Positions 32,763 to 41,705 of a stretch of DNA of 64,000 bases are shown in pieces (positions within the stretch are counted from its first letter, which is position 1; every line of letters starts with the position of its first letter). Made by a program: the position numbers and the translations under genes. The DNA lies in the NCBI GenBank assembly GCA_937773775.1, contig CALJVL010000019.1:40862-104861 (forward strand), in the 5' to 3' direction. Under the pieces are notes generated by a model. The model did not search any database. It was not told the origin of the DNA and was given only the letters and a program-made list of their open reading frames with translations. Origin of the DNA: an uncultured Flavobacterium sp. (GTDB lineage: Bacteria; Bacteroidota; Bacteroidia; Flavobacteriales; Flavobacteriaceae).

Positions 32763-33209
32763 CTACTTGCGTAAACTACTTCGGTAGACCGTCGGTGATT
32801 TTCCAACATGCTTTTTAAAAAAGGTACTAAAAGCGGAAGGACAGTTGAATCCCAAATATTCTGACAAGAAATTTATTGTAATTTGGTCGTCTTCAAGTGC
32901 ATTTTTTGCCTCCATGATAAGGGTTTCTTCAAGGATTATTTTTACTGATTTCCCTGTAGTATGTTTAACCACCTTATTCAGATGCCCAGAGGTTACATAT
33001 AAAACACCTGCGTAAAATTTTACGCTGTGCTGCTCTTTAAAATGTATGGCGAGAATATCCATGAATCTGATAGTAGTCCGACAGCCAAATACCATATTTT
33101 TTCCCAACTTCATCGTAAGGATTAGCATCATTTGCTGGACCCAATTTTTTCGATACTCCTGCTTGAACAGAAACACTGCTAGCTTCTTCAACTGTATTTC
33201 CATATTCAT
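32763..33209 (-). CDS. AraC-family HTH regulator (short, mostly DNA-binding domain)
   Basis: HSVKFYA...HLNKVVK...LGFNCPSAFSTFFKKHVGKSPTVYR. Confidence 0.8.
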   Translation of the reverse strand: MNMEIQLKKLAVFLFKQEYRKNWVQQMMLILTMKLGKNMVFGCRTTIRFMDILAIHFKEQHSVKFYAGVLYVTSGHLNKVVKHTTGKSVKIILEETLIMEAKNALEDDQITINFLSEYLGFNCPSAFSTFFKKHVGKSPTVYRSSLRK

Positions 33210-33375
33210 CCGTAGAGCAGGAAATCATTACTTAAACAACAAGCAAACCTAAAAATAAATTTTTCATAATTATAAGTTATAAAATGTGACTGAGAATAAT
33301 TTCTCTGTTCATTTACCCGGGTAAGCAGAACCTTTATTTAGCACGATGCTAAACTTTTTGCTTTTGAATTCGAAA

Positions 33376-33473
33376 CAAATCTATATGCTCTAAAGTCCCT
33401 GTGCAACACTATAGTGGTGGGTTTTCACGATAATAACTATGGATTTTCACGAAATCCATACAGTTTTTTTCGA
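33376..33473. promoter_or_regulatory. Divergent promoter region with phased direct repeats (putative AraC sites)
   Basis: TTTTCACGA at 33422 and 33444, degenerate copy at 33465; minus-strand TAGATTTG -7 box at 33376-33383. Confidence 0.5.
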
Positions 33474-33601
33474 ACCAATAAAACACTATTTATCAGCATA
33501 TTATAGTATTTTTGAAATACAATTTATTGAAAAGATTCCAGTATCTATATCTTAATACACAAGGAGTGTTTCGCAACTACCCCGAATTTAATTGATTTAC
33601 T

Positions 33602-35272
33602 ATGAAGCCATTTTTTATATTAATGTTATTTGTACCGCTGTGGATACAATCTCAGAATACCTCGTTCAAAGTTCCAGACTCCATTCAAAATAAAGATTTT
33701 GATTATTTGGAAGACCGAATAGATCAGTTTAAAAATGACAGTACCAGAGCTGCCATATACTTATTTACCTATATCAAAAAAGCGAAAAGGGAACACAACT
33801 GGCAGGAGCTTAAAAACGGTTATCAAAACTTAATGCACATGTCCCCTTCATCAATGCGGATAATTTACGCTGATAGCATGGTATATGCAGCAAAAAAGAC
33901 AAAAGATAATGCTGCAATAGGTAGTGCGTTCTTAACCAAAGGAATAGTTTTGTTTTCCAATAAGAAATACAAAGAGGCATTAGATGACTATCTGATTGCT
34001 AACGAATATATAGCTAAAACAAATGATCAATACCTCATTTATAAAGTAAAATACAACATTGCTCAGCTGAAGAACAGCATGGGGTTTTACGACGAAGCCA
34101 TTTCTTTATTGAGAGAATGTGTAAACTACTATAAAAAGAATCATGACAGAGCATATCTGAATTCACTCCATTCTTTGGGACTGTCTTATAATAAAGTGGG
34201 GAATTACGGCTTGTGCTCCATAACTAACGAGGAAGGAGTCAAAGAAAGTGAAAAGCGTGCTAGTCCAGAAATGACCGTTTATTTTCAGCACTCAGAAGGT
34301 GTGAACCAATATTTTCTAAATAATTACCAAAAGGCTATTGATAATTTAAAAAGTACAATGCTTGAAATAGAAAGTAATAATGATTTTGCCAATGAGGCTG
34401 TAGGGAATTTTTATATTGGGAAAAGCTATTGGGAACTTAAAAAATATGAAACTGCAATCCCTTATTTTAAAGAAGTGGACCAGATTTTAAACAGCAAACA
34501 ATTTATAAGAAGAGATTTATTAGAAACTTTTGTATTATTAATTAACTACTACAAAACAAAGAAAGAGGACAAGCTACATTTGTATTATATAGACCAACTA
34601 CTTAAAGCAGATCATTTGCTGCTTGAAACTAACAGTTACCTGGTCTCCAAAGTGAGCAAGGAATATGATAATAAGAACATTTTAATTGAAAAACAAAAAT
34701 TAGAGTCACAAGTAAATGGACAAAAATCCAACAACTTAATTTTCATCGTCCTTGCAACACTAATATTCTTAACTCTTCTTTTCGTAAGCTATCGCAACTT
34801 TAAAATCAAAAGTACCTACAAAACAAATTATGACGCACTGATGAATAAAATCGCCCAGCCTATAAAAGAAATCACCACAATGCAACATGCTGGAATCGAT
34901 GATATTAATGCTGCAGCGGTTACTGAATTAATTAGGCAATTAGAAAAATGGGAACAAGGAAAGAAGTTCCTAGATAAAGAAATAACCTTAGTAAAACTAG
35001 CCGCTACTTTTAACTCCAATACTAAATATCTTTCTCTTGTTGTTTACCATCACCGCCATAAGAAGTTTGTTACCTACGTCAATGACTTGAAAATTGACTA
35101 TCTGATCAACGCTCTTAAAGAAAGTAAACTTCTACAACAGTATACAAATAAAGCACTGGCCGAAGAAATCGGCTTTAGTTCTACCCAACGTTTTGCGAAT
35201 GCTTTTAAAGCAAGAGCCAATATGCCTGCAGCTTTCTATATAGCACAACTTAAAAAAGAAGAAAAAAAATAG
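33602..35272 (+). CDS. Membrane-spanning TPR sensor / AraC-family regulator
   Basis: Signal peptide, TPR-like helices, one TM, C-terminal NSNTKYLS...LAEEIGF AraC HTH. Confidence 0.85.
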   Translation: MKPFFILMLFVPLWIQSQNTSFKVPDSIQNKDFDYLEDRIDQFKNDSTRAAIYLFTYIKKAKREHNWQELKNGYQNLMHMSPSSMRIIYADSMVYAAKKTKDNAAIGSAFLTKGIVLFSNKKYKEALDDYLIANEYIAKTNDQYLIYKVKYNIAQLKNSMGFYDEAISLLRECVNYYKKNHDRAYLNSLHSLGLSYNKVGNYGLCSITNEEGVKESEKRASPEMTVYFQHSEGVNQYFLNNYQKAIDNLKSTMLEIESNNDFANEAVGNFYIGKSYWELKKYETAIPYFKEVDQILNSKQFIRRDLLETFVLLINYYKTKKEDKLHLYYIDQLLKADHLLLETNSYLVSKVSKEYDNKNILIEKQKLESQVNGQKSNNLIFIVLATLIFLTLLFVSYRNFKIKSTYKTNYDALMNKIAQPIKEITTMQHAGIDDINAAAVTELIRQLEKWEQGKKFLDKEITLVKLAATFNSNTKYLSLVVYHHRHKKFVTYVNDLKIDYLINALKESKLLQQYTNKALAEEIGFSSTQRFANAFKARANMPAAFYIAQLKKEEKK

Positions 35273-35369
35273 TAACGTAAACAAGTTATCAACTCAAATT
35301 TTACACTCTACGTCGTCTAACGAGAGCATAAATTACTATTTTTACCTCTTAAATTTATAAAAAAATATC

Positions 35370-35546
35370 ATGAAAGATTTAATCGAAAAAATCAACGCAG
35401 AATTTGAAACATTTAAAACCGAATCTGAATCACTAACTGAAAAAGGTGTTAAAGCAGCTGGAGCAAGAGCTCGTAAAGTAACTCTAGAGCTAGAGAAACT
35501 ATTAAAAGAGTTTAGAAAAGTCTCTGTACAAGAATCAAAAAAATAA
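35370..35546 (+). CDS. Histone H1-like (Hc1-type) small protein, 58 aa
   Basis: Below the ORF-track cutoff; MKDLIEKINAEFETFKTESESLTEKGVKAAGARARKVTLELEKLLKEFRKVSVQESKK. Confidence 0.85.
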   Translation: MKDLIEKINAEFETFKTESESLTEKGVKAAGARARKVTLELEKLLKEFRKVSVQESKK

Positions 35547-35557
35547 TATTTTCCTAA

Positions 35558-35593
35558 AAAAACCTCGTTTAAATCTTTTTAAACGAGGTTTTT
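35558..35593. terminator. Bidirectional intrinsic terminator
   Basis: AAAAACCTCGTTTAAA-TCTT-TTTAAACGAGGTTTTT. Confidence 0.75.
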
Positions 35594-35689
35594 AGGTTTA
35601 TCATGCCAATTAAATTTTTAAAGTCCTAGTTCAAAAACTACCAGCAACACTTTTTATATTTTTGTGGTACATAATACTATATAGAAAGC

Positions 35690-36677
35690 TTATCCTTTCA
35701 TCAATTGTTTTAAACGTCCTTGGTAAGACTGCCAATAATTTCTTTTCGTAGCATCGTTAAGGAAAGAAGCAGCTACCATTTTTTCTACCAGTTCTGACTG
35801 TGATAACATTAACTCCATGATATCATTAAAGTTTTTTTTCACTGATCCCTATCTGCTCAGCAAGGACAAAGAATTGTTGCCTTATCTTTCCTTGAGCTAA
35901 ATTTTTAGGCAATAGTCCATCATCCAACGCAAATTCTTTATCTTCAATGTGAATACGGCTATTCAACAGGTCGTATGCTGGACTTAGTCTATAATCTCCC
36001 ATAGCGGTTTCAAGCAAAGAAAAGTTTTTAAAGTGGGCATCTCCATTTGAAAATAGGTAATTGAACACCAATATTTTTAATAGCTTTGGTGCTTCCGGCT
36101 TATATGCAGGTAAATATTGCTTCATTAATTGAAATAACTCTAAATAGCTTCCTAAATACTTATAATGTTCTCCATAGGTTTGTGGTGTCCTTCCTGCCAA
36201 AGAGGCAAAATCATCTTGAGCCAGTTTTGTGCCGTCTTCTTTTACATCAAACCGTTTGGTTATGTAAGCAGGAGAACCATTCTTAAAAAATATTAATGCA
36301 TTTTCGGCTGTTTCTATTCCATAGACTTGACGGGCAATTTGCATAGTTAAATGCTCATTAGCGGGCATTTGGTCTAGTTTTTTACCCGCACCGGGAATGG
36401 GTTTCAGAATATAAGTACCAGGTTCTCCTTCATTAATAAGCCTTAACTTGTTTTTTTCAAGCACTACAGAAAATTTTTCCTGCACTCCTGAAATTGACAT
36501 ACGCTTGCGGTTTTCTTCAAAAAGTGCAGCTGCTTCAGGATTCGATGCCGGAGAATCGTAAGGCAATACGTGATTTACCTTTTTACCATGAAACACTCTG
36601 TTCAAACAGGTTCTACTATACGTATCAAAACCTTCAGCTAATGTACCCGGACAATATTTTATTTCAGGTAGACTCAT
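35690..36677 (-). CDS. HipA-domain kinase toxin (HipT-like); +1 frameshift near the 3' end
   Basis: MSISGVQEK, NGDAHFKNFS, LSPAYDL; the ORF stops at 35826, but removing one base from the T8 run at 35832-35839 extends it ...EKNFNDIMEL...LKQLMKG to a stop at 35690. Confidence 0.85.
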
Positions 36678-37003
36678 AACTCTTTTATTTTAATAACTCT
36701 AACAGCACCGATGCTGTCATTTTTTGCAGTAATCATCAGTAGTCCAAAATAATCGTCTCGATCAATTCTATTGTACTTACACACAACTTGTTTGTTAGGT
36801 CCCTCTGGTAGCATATTATAAAAAAATGGAAATAAGAATTCTGAATGAAACTCTTGTTCCTTTTTAGGCAAAGTAAGACTGATTCCTGGCTTAGTACGGT
36901 CTGCTGTCCAAGAATCACTATAGCGGAATGTAAATGATCCATTATCGTGTTGTGTCAATACACCCGCTTCTTCGTCCTTAAATAGTATTTTTGCTTTTCT
37001 CAT
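36674..37003 (-). CDS. HipA N-terminal domain protein (HipS-like)
   Basis: AGVLTQ...ISLTLP...LFPFFYNMLPEG...DSIGAV. Confidence 0.88.
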   Translation of the reverse strand: MRKAKILFKDEEAGVLTQHDNGSFTFRYSDSWTADRTKPGISLTLPKKEQEFHSEFLFPFFYNMLPEGPNKQVVCKYNRIDRDDYFGLLMITAKNDSIGAVRVIKIKEL

Positions 37004-37218
37004 TCGTTACGGGATAGATTTTTAACTTGAAGAACGACTTCCATACCTAGAACGTCTGCTAACTTTGATAAAGTAAGTAGCGTAGGATTTCCTTTTCCAC
37101 TTTCAAACTGTTTTAGTGTTCTTAAGCCAACACCCGATAGTTCTGCCAAGGTTTCCTGCGTGACCTGGAGTTCCTCCCTACGCTCTTTTATAGACTTTAT
37201 GATTTTCTCGAAGTGCAT
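37000..37218 (-). CDS. HipB-like XRE HTH antitoxin
   Basis: TQETLAELSGVGLRTLKQFESGKGNPTL; 4-bp overlaps couple the three genes. Confidence 0.85.
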   Translation of the reverse strand: MHFEKIIKSIKERREELQVTQETLAELSGVGLRTLKQFESGKGNPTLLTLSKLADVLGMEVVLQVKNLSRNE

Positions 37219-37625
37219 TATATAGCTCTTTTTTATACAAATATATAACAAATAACACTAATTACACAAAAAAGAGCGTTATAAAGCACTAATTTGTGTT
37301 TTTTATAATTTTTAGCATTAAAATTCATCGTATAGTGCATTTAATAGCACTATATAATTGACTGTATTTGCTAATTGTTTGTTCTTTGTACCATATTCTT
37401 ACTTATAGTATCAGTCCTAAAAAATGCTACCCCCATTTCCCTTACCCCTATCTAACATACAACCGTGTTTCAAACCCTGATTTATCATGTCCTATTTTAT
37501 TTCATACCATCAGAATATCTTGCAAACAGTAGAAAATTTCATGTCACAGCATATTAACTGAAAAATAATTTAATTACGACTCAACTTTTTCTTGAATCAT
37601 CAGTATAACCATAAAGCAAATAGTT

Positions 37626-37808
37626 ATGATAACAATTACAACACAAATTTTAATTTTCATTCCAGCGATAATTATCCTACTGTGGATGATGCCTGATAAA
37701 AAAATCAAAGTAATCTTTGGAGAAATTAGAAAAACACTCCAGATATTACCTATCTCTAAAATTGCTCAAGCCATGATCAGTTGGTCAAAGAAGAAAATTG
37801 ATCCCTAA
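37626..37808 (+). CDS. Small hypothetical membrane protein
   Basis: 60-aa ORF with an N-terminal hydrophobic helix. Confidence 0.45.
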   Translation: MITITTQILIFIPAIIILLWMMPDKKIKVIFGEIRKTLQILPISKIAQAMISWSKKKIDP

Positions 37809-37979
37809 AATGCAATACTCCCTAGAGTAAAATTATATAAATCAGTCATTGTAAAACAAGCAAAGAGATTACCTGTAACTAAAGTATTTTGATCGTTGTG
37901 TTGAAAAAGCGTTTTGGATATCTTGGAAATAACATTGGCATTTATAGGCTTATTGATAAAGGAACCTATTCACTAGTAG

Positions 37980-38183
37980 TTATTGCGTATTCTTTTTTAA
38001 AGCGTTTACCAGCTTCTTATTGCGTTTGTCTGCTCTACCATTTTGTAAAGAAATAACGGCCCAAATCGCTGCTGGAATCCAGCCAATGACCGTAATCTGT
38101 AGAATTAAACAAATTATAGATGTGATTATTCTTCCTCTCAGAAAAAAGGAAATAAAGGGAAAGAAAATAGCAATTAATGTCAT
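37980..38183 (-). CDS. YqaE/Pmp3 family membrane protein
   Basis: IAIFFP...ICLILQITVIGWIPAAIWA. Confidence 0.8.
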   Translation of the reverse strand: MTLIAIFFPFISFFLRGRIITSIICLILQITVIGWIPAAIWAVISLQNGRADKRNKKLVNALKKNTQ

Positions 38184-38443
38184 ACTTATAATTTTAGAAT
38201 TATTCTTTAAATAGAATGCTGTATCACATATAAGTCATTATAAAAGTGTACAAAATCACTGTTAATGATAGTATTCCGATACCTATTTCCAAGAAAGAAC
38301 CTTTAGTAAAGTCCGATAATTGACGATTTAAAGTTAACAATTAGTCTATAAACGCTTTCATTAGTTACAGCTAGTTGTTGCATTGCCCGCGATTTAATAG
38401 TATATTAACATTTAGTCCGGTAGTTATGATACGACTAATCTAA

Positions 38444-39373
38444 TTACCAATCTTCATACAAAAAACTTCCAATCTCTTTTGCTATTGAATGTTTTAGCTT
38501 AGCCATATATTCTAGACTAATACCTGGCAAAATCGCTTCTATTTCATTTAGTCTTAAATTATGGTTAACGAGTTTCTCACCATTTTCAAATTTATCGGTC
38601 ACAATTAGAGAAATAGATTGCTTTGTGCTTGAATCAATAGCAGATAGACCATTTTTGTTAAAATGTAAATCTTCTAAAGTTAGAATTAAAGCATTTGGCA
38701 AATCTTTTGATTCTTTGATTTCTTTATTGCCAGTAATAGGAATAAATACCCAAAGAGATTTACCTAGGTTTTGCATTATCCCCGTTGTATCGGGTCTTGC
38801 TGAACAAATTAGAATTTTTTTATTCCCATCATCTAAAATGAATAAACCATTTAATAAATGCTCAGATTGCTGTAAAAGAATTTTATGCTGATTTTCTTTT
38901 TCGTGAATTGTTGTAACTTCAAGAAACAAGGAATTAATCATATTTAGATTGTGCTTCAGGGCATTTATAAGTGTAACCCCCATAAGAACTCCTGCTTCTC
39001 TATGTGCGAACCTATTTCTCCATTCTTTGGCATCTAACCACTGTTGATGTAAATGTTTAGAACAATATTTTTCCAGACGATTAAGTTTAGAATGTAAACT
39101 TTCAAATCCTTCTTTCTTTTTAAGCCCTACAACTTCAAGTTTTAGTGTAACGCTTGCTTCAAATATTCGAGTCGATTTTGAAAATGCTTCATCCAGTAAA
39201 GCATAATGAAAATAACTATAAAACAGAAGCCTTTCAACAAGTTTATAATCATCCACAATTTCTTCTGGTACTAAACAATGGAATTTTCCTTTCAACACAA
39301 ATTTCTCGATAAAATCTGTTTCCGACTTCACATCAAAACTTTTCCAAATATTATCAGGTTGAAGATAATTCAT
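38444..39373 (-). CDS. Hypothetical protein with HEPN-like RxxxxH motif
   Basis: 309-aa ORF; helical N-terminal part with IFEAS and WRNRFAH. Confidence 0.6.
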   Translation of the reverse strand: MNYLQPDNIWKSFDVKSETDFIEKFVLKGKFHCLVPEEIVDDYKLVERLLFYSYFHYALLDEAFSKSTRIFEASVTLKLEVVGLKKKEGFESLHSKLNRLEKYCSKHLHQQWLDAKEWRNRFAHREAGVLMGVTLINALKHNLNMINSLFLEVTTIHEKENQHKILLQQSEHLLNGLFILDDGNKKILICSARPDTTGIMQNLGKSLWVFIPITGNKEIKESKDLPNALILTLEDLHFNKNGLSAIDSSTKQSISLIVTDKFENGEKLVNHNLRLNEIEAILPGISLEYMAKLKHSIAKEIGSFLYEDW

Positions 39374-39409
39374 CTTTTGTATTATATTAACATCCGTTTG
39401 TATAAAATA

Positions 39410-39534
39410 TCTAAACGAACTATGTTTTTATTAATTTAAAAAGTAAATATATAGGACTTAAACTACCTCCAGCTCATTTCAACACACCTTTCATTGTTTG
39501 TGCTGCGAACGCAACGAAACTCTAGCTGTTAGTG
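39410..39534 (-). repeat. attC-like site, family B
   Basis: CACTAAC core (39528-39534, minus strand) just after the HD gene stop; homologous to 40237-40356. Confidence 0.65.
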
Positions 39535-39551
39535 GCCGTTTTTCTTGGCGG

Positions 39552-40151
39552 TCAGTTAGTTTTTTTTATTAGAATTCCTTTGTCCACACTTTCGTTTAGT
39601 AAATTCTCTGCATAATTCCAAATTACAGACGAACCGTTTTTAATTGCTTTTTTCTTCTCATAAACTTTTTGATACGGCACATTAAATTCCGTCCAAGTTC
39701 CACCATGATCTGAAGTGTTTTGCAATAGTGGTTCAAATCTATCCATTGATTTTGAAAATTTTGCTTCGTCCGTACTACCTTCTTCAAATTCTTCCCAAAT
39801 TGCTATAAGTTCTTCGGCTTGTTCTGATGGTAAAAGTCCAAATATTCGCTTTGCGGCAATAAGTTCTTCTTCGGTATTTGTATGACTTTTTGTAGAATCG
39901 TAAATAAAAGTGTCACCCGCATCAATTTCCACGATATCGTGGATTAAAACCATTTTCAAAACTTTAAGTACGTCTATCGGTTTGTCCGAATGTTCTGCCA
40001 ATACAATTGTCATCATTGCTAAATGCCAACTATGTTCTGCATCATTTTCGTGTCTATCGCTGTTAAATAGTTTAGTTTTGCGTTGAATGTATTTCAACTT
40101 GTCTATCTCTTTTATGAAGCTTACTTGTTTTAATAAATTGTCTGTCTGCAT
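39552..40151 (-). CDS. HD-domain phosphohydrolase (YfbR/HDDC2-like)
   Basis: ENDAEHSW, LIHDIVEIDAGD, MDRFEP motifs. Confidence 0.88.
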   Translation of the reverse strand: MQTDNLLKQVSFIKEIDKLKYIQRKTKLFNSDRHENDAEHSWHLAMMTIVLAEHSDKPIDVLKVLKMVLIHDIVEIDAGDTFIYDSTKSHTNTEEELIAAKRIFGLLPSEQAEELIAIWEEFEEGSTDEAKFSKSMDRFEPLLQNTSDHGGTWTEFNVPYQKVYEKKKAIKNGSSVIWNYAENLLNESVDKGILIKKTN

Positions 40152-40206
40152 ATTTCTATAATTATTGAAAGAATTTTACTGTCCGTATAATGTCGTTTAA
40201 AATTGC

Positions 40207-40356
40207 CACTAACGTCAGTTCGCATAAAAACCTTAAAACGATCTTTATTTTATTAATTAGGAAGTAAATATACAGAAATTAAACTGCCTCTAGTTTCCGT
40301 TCAACGCAGGCTTCATTGTTGGCTTTTCAAGCCCAACGAAGCCTTAGCTGTTGTAG
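40207..40356 (-). repeat. attC-like site, family B, carrying a degenerate IS1182-type end
   Basis: CTACAAC (40350-40356) to GTTAGTG (40207-40213) on the minus strand; ACGT-CAGTTCGCATAAAAACC at 40212-40232. Confidence 0.7.
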
Positions 40357-40364
40357 GCAGTGCT

Positions 40365-41264
40365 TTATTTGGATGATTTAAACTTCTTAATATTCGAAGC
40401 TTTCTGTTTTATCCATTGAATTGAAATAGCAACAGTTTCTGTAATATCCCCGGAAGAAGTATTGTGTCCTAATTTAGAAAACAAAGTATATTCGCAAGGT
40501 TTACCTTGAGCTTTCAATGTATTTAATTGCTCCATACACAACTTTACTGGAATCTGTATATCTTTCTCGCCAAAAAGCCAAAGTCCCGGAATTGAAAGAG
40601 TATTCAGAGAATTTTTTGGGTCAGTCGCCACGAATTGATACCTGTCTGGGTCATTTTTAGTATGTTCACGAGCATCTGCTTCTGTATGATTTTCCCAAAA
40701 ATTATTGTTGCCGTTAGTATAAAACTGAAATCGAAGTTGTTCTAGAGTTGTAATTGTAGGGCAACTAAATAAAACCATAAATTCTATTTGTGGATTTTTG
40801 CTTGCAGCAATTGGGATTATCCATCCTGCTTGACTGAAGCCAACTAATCCAATTGGTATTTTTTTATCTTTCAAATAGGTTCGAAATGTGTTTACTGCTG
40901 AACTTGCATCGTGAGATAATAAATTAAGATTAGTAGTGTCAATATTATTAGTACCAACAGATGGCCCTACATATACACCGCCCGATTCCCCAACTCCTCG
41001 TTTATCATATGTCAATACAGCAATACCTTCTTTGGCAAGACGTATTGCGAAGTCCATTTCTCTTTTTACAGGATCAGACCCGTGAACAATTACAACTGCT
41101 GCAACTGTTTTTTTAGGCGTTAAAATTGAGCCTGCAAGAGTGACGCCCTGACTTTCAAACTTTACATCTTGAGTAACAAAGTCGGCCGATTGACAAAATA
41201 CCATATCTGGTAAAGTGATTAATAATAACCAAAGAAATAAGTTCGAAAAAAAGCTAATGTTCAT
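40365..41264 (-). CDS. Secreted alpha/beta hydrolase
   Basis: Signal peptide, VHGS, YDKRGVGES, GFSQAG nucleophile elbow, FGEKD, GHN. Confidence 0.85.
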   Translation of the reverse strand: MNISFFSNLFLWLLLITLPDMVFCQSADFVTQDVKFESQGVTLAGSILTPKKTVAAVVIVHGSDPVKREMDFAIRLAKEGIAVLTYDKRGVGESGGVYVGPSVGTNNIDTTNLNLLSHDASSAVNTFRTYLKDKKIPIGLVGFSQAGWIIPIAASKNPQIEFMVLFSCPTITTLEQLRFQFYTNGNNNFWENHTEADAREHTKNDPDRYQFVATDPKNSLNTLSIPGLWLFGEKDIQIPVKLCMEQLNTLKAQGKPCEYTLFSKLGHNTSSGDITETVAISIQWIKQKASNIKKFKSSK

Positions 41265-41320
41265 TTTGGTTTAATATAAAAAAAGTTTTGAATGGTCTGC
41301 GTTAGCATTGTCTACAACGT

Positions 41321-41607
41321 CAGTCTGTGAAAAAACCAGCGTTTTATTACGAACAAATATAACAAAATACTCGTGTAAAAAGAAGATTATTCTTATTTTA
41401 AAGAATGCAACACATCACCGTAATTCCCACCAACAATTGCCTTTTTCAAGTTTAGAAAAAGCAATACTTCCAGACTATCAAGTTCATTTTATAGACCCTT
41501 TTGTAGAATATATAGATTTCTCTACACTTAATTTTGCTATAAAAGCTCTAAAGACAGAAGCTCGCCCGGGTTTTAACTACCCAGTATTTCTTACGATCAA
41601 TAAATAG
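41321..41607 (+). mobile_element. IS1182-family remnant (left end + decayed 5' transposase)
   Basis: CAGTCTGTGAAAAAACC identical to the end at 48013; FSSLEKAILPDYQVHFIDPFVE aligns with FSSLEDTILPENPVRFIDAFVE of the intact transposase. Confidence 0.85.
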
Positions 41608-41674
41608 AACTATCATAACAGAGAATACTATTTCTTATCATTGAGATTATTTGATTAATTGATTTTGTCTTGAG

Positions 41675-41705
41675 GGCACAAGCGAAACGCTTGCGCCAGC
41701 AGGGG
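41675..41705. repeat. REP-like GC-rich hairpin
   Basis: GGCACAAGCG-AAA-CGCTTGCGCC-AGCAGGGG abutting the stop of the GT25-GH16 gene. Confidence 0.6.

Noticed and set aside
41308..41607. 99-aa ORF as a functional gene
   Set aside because: It is the decayed 5' part of an IS1182 transposase and starts outside the IS end
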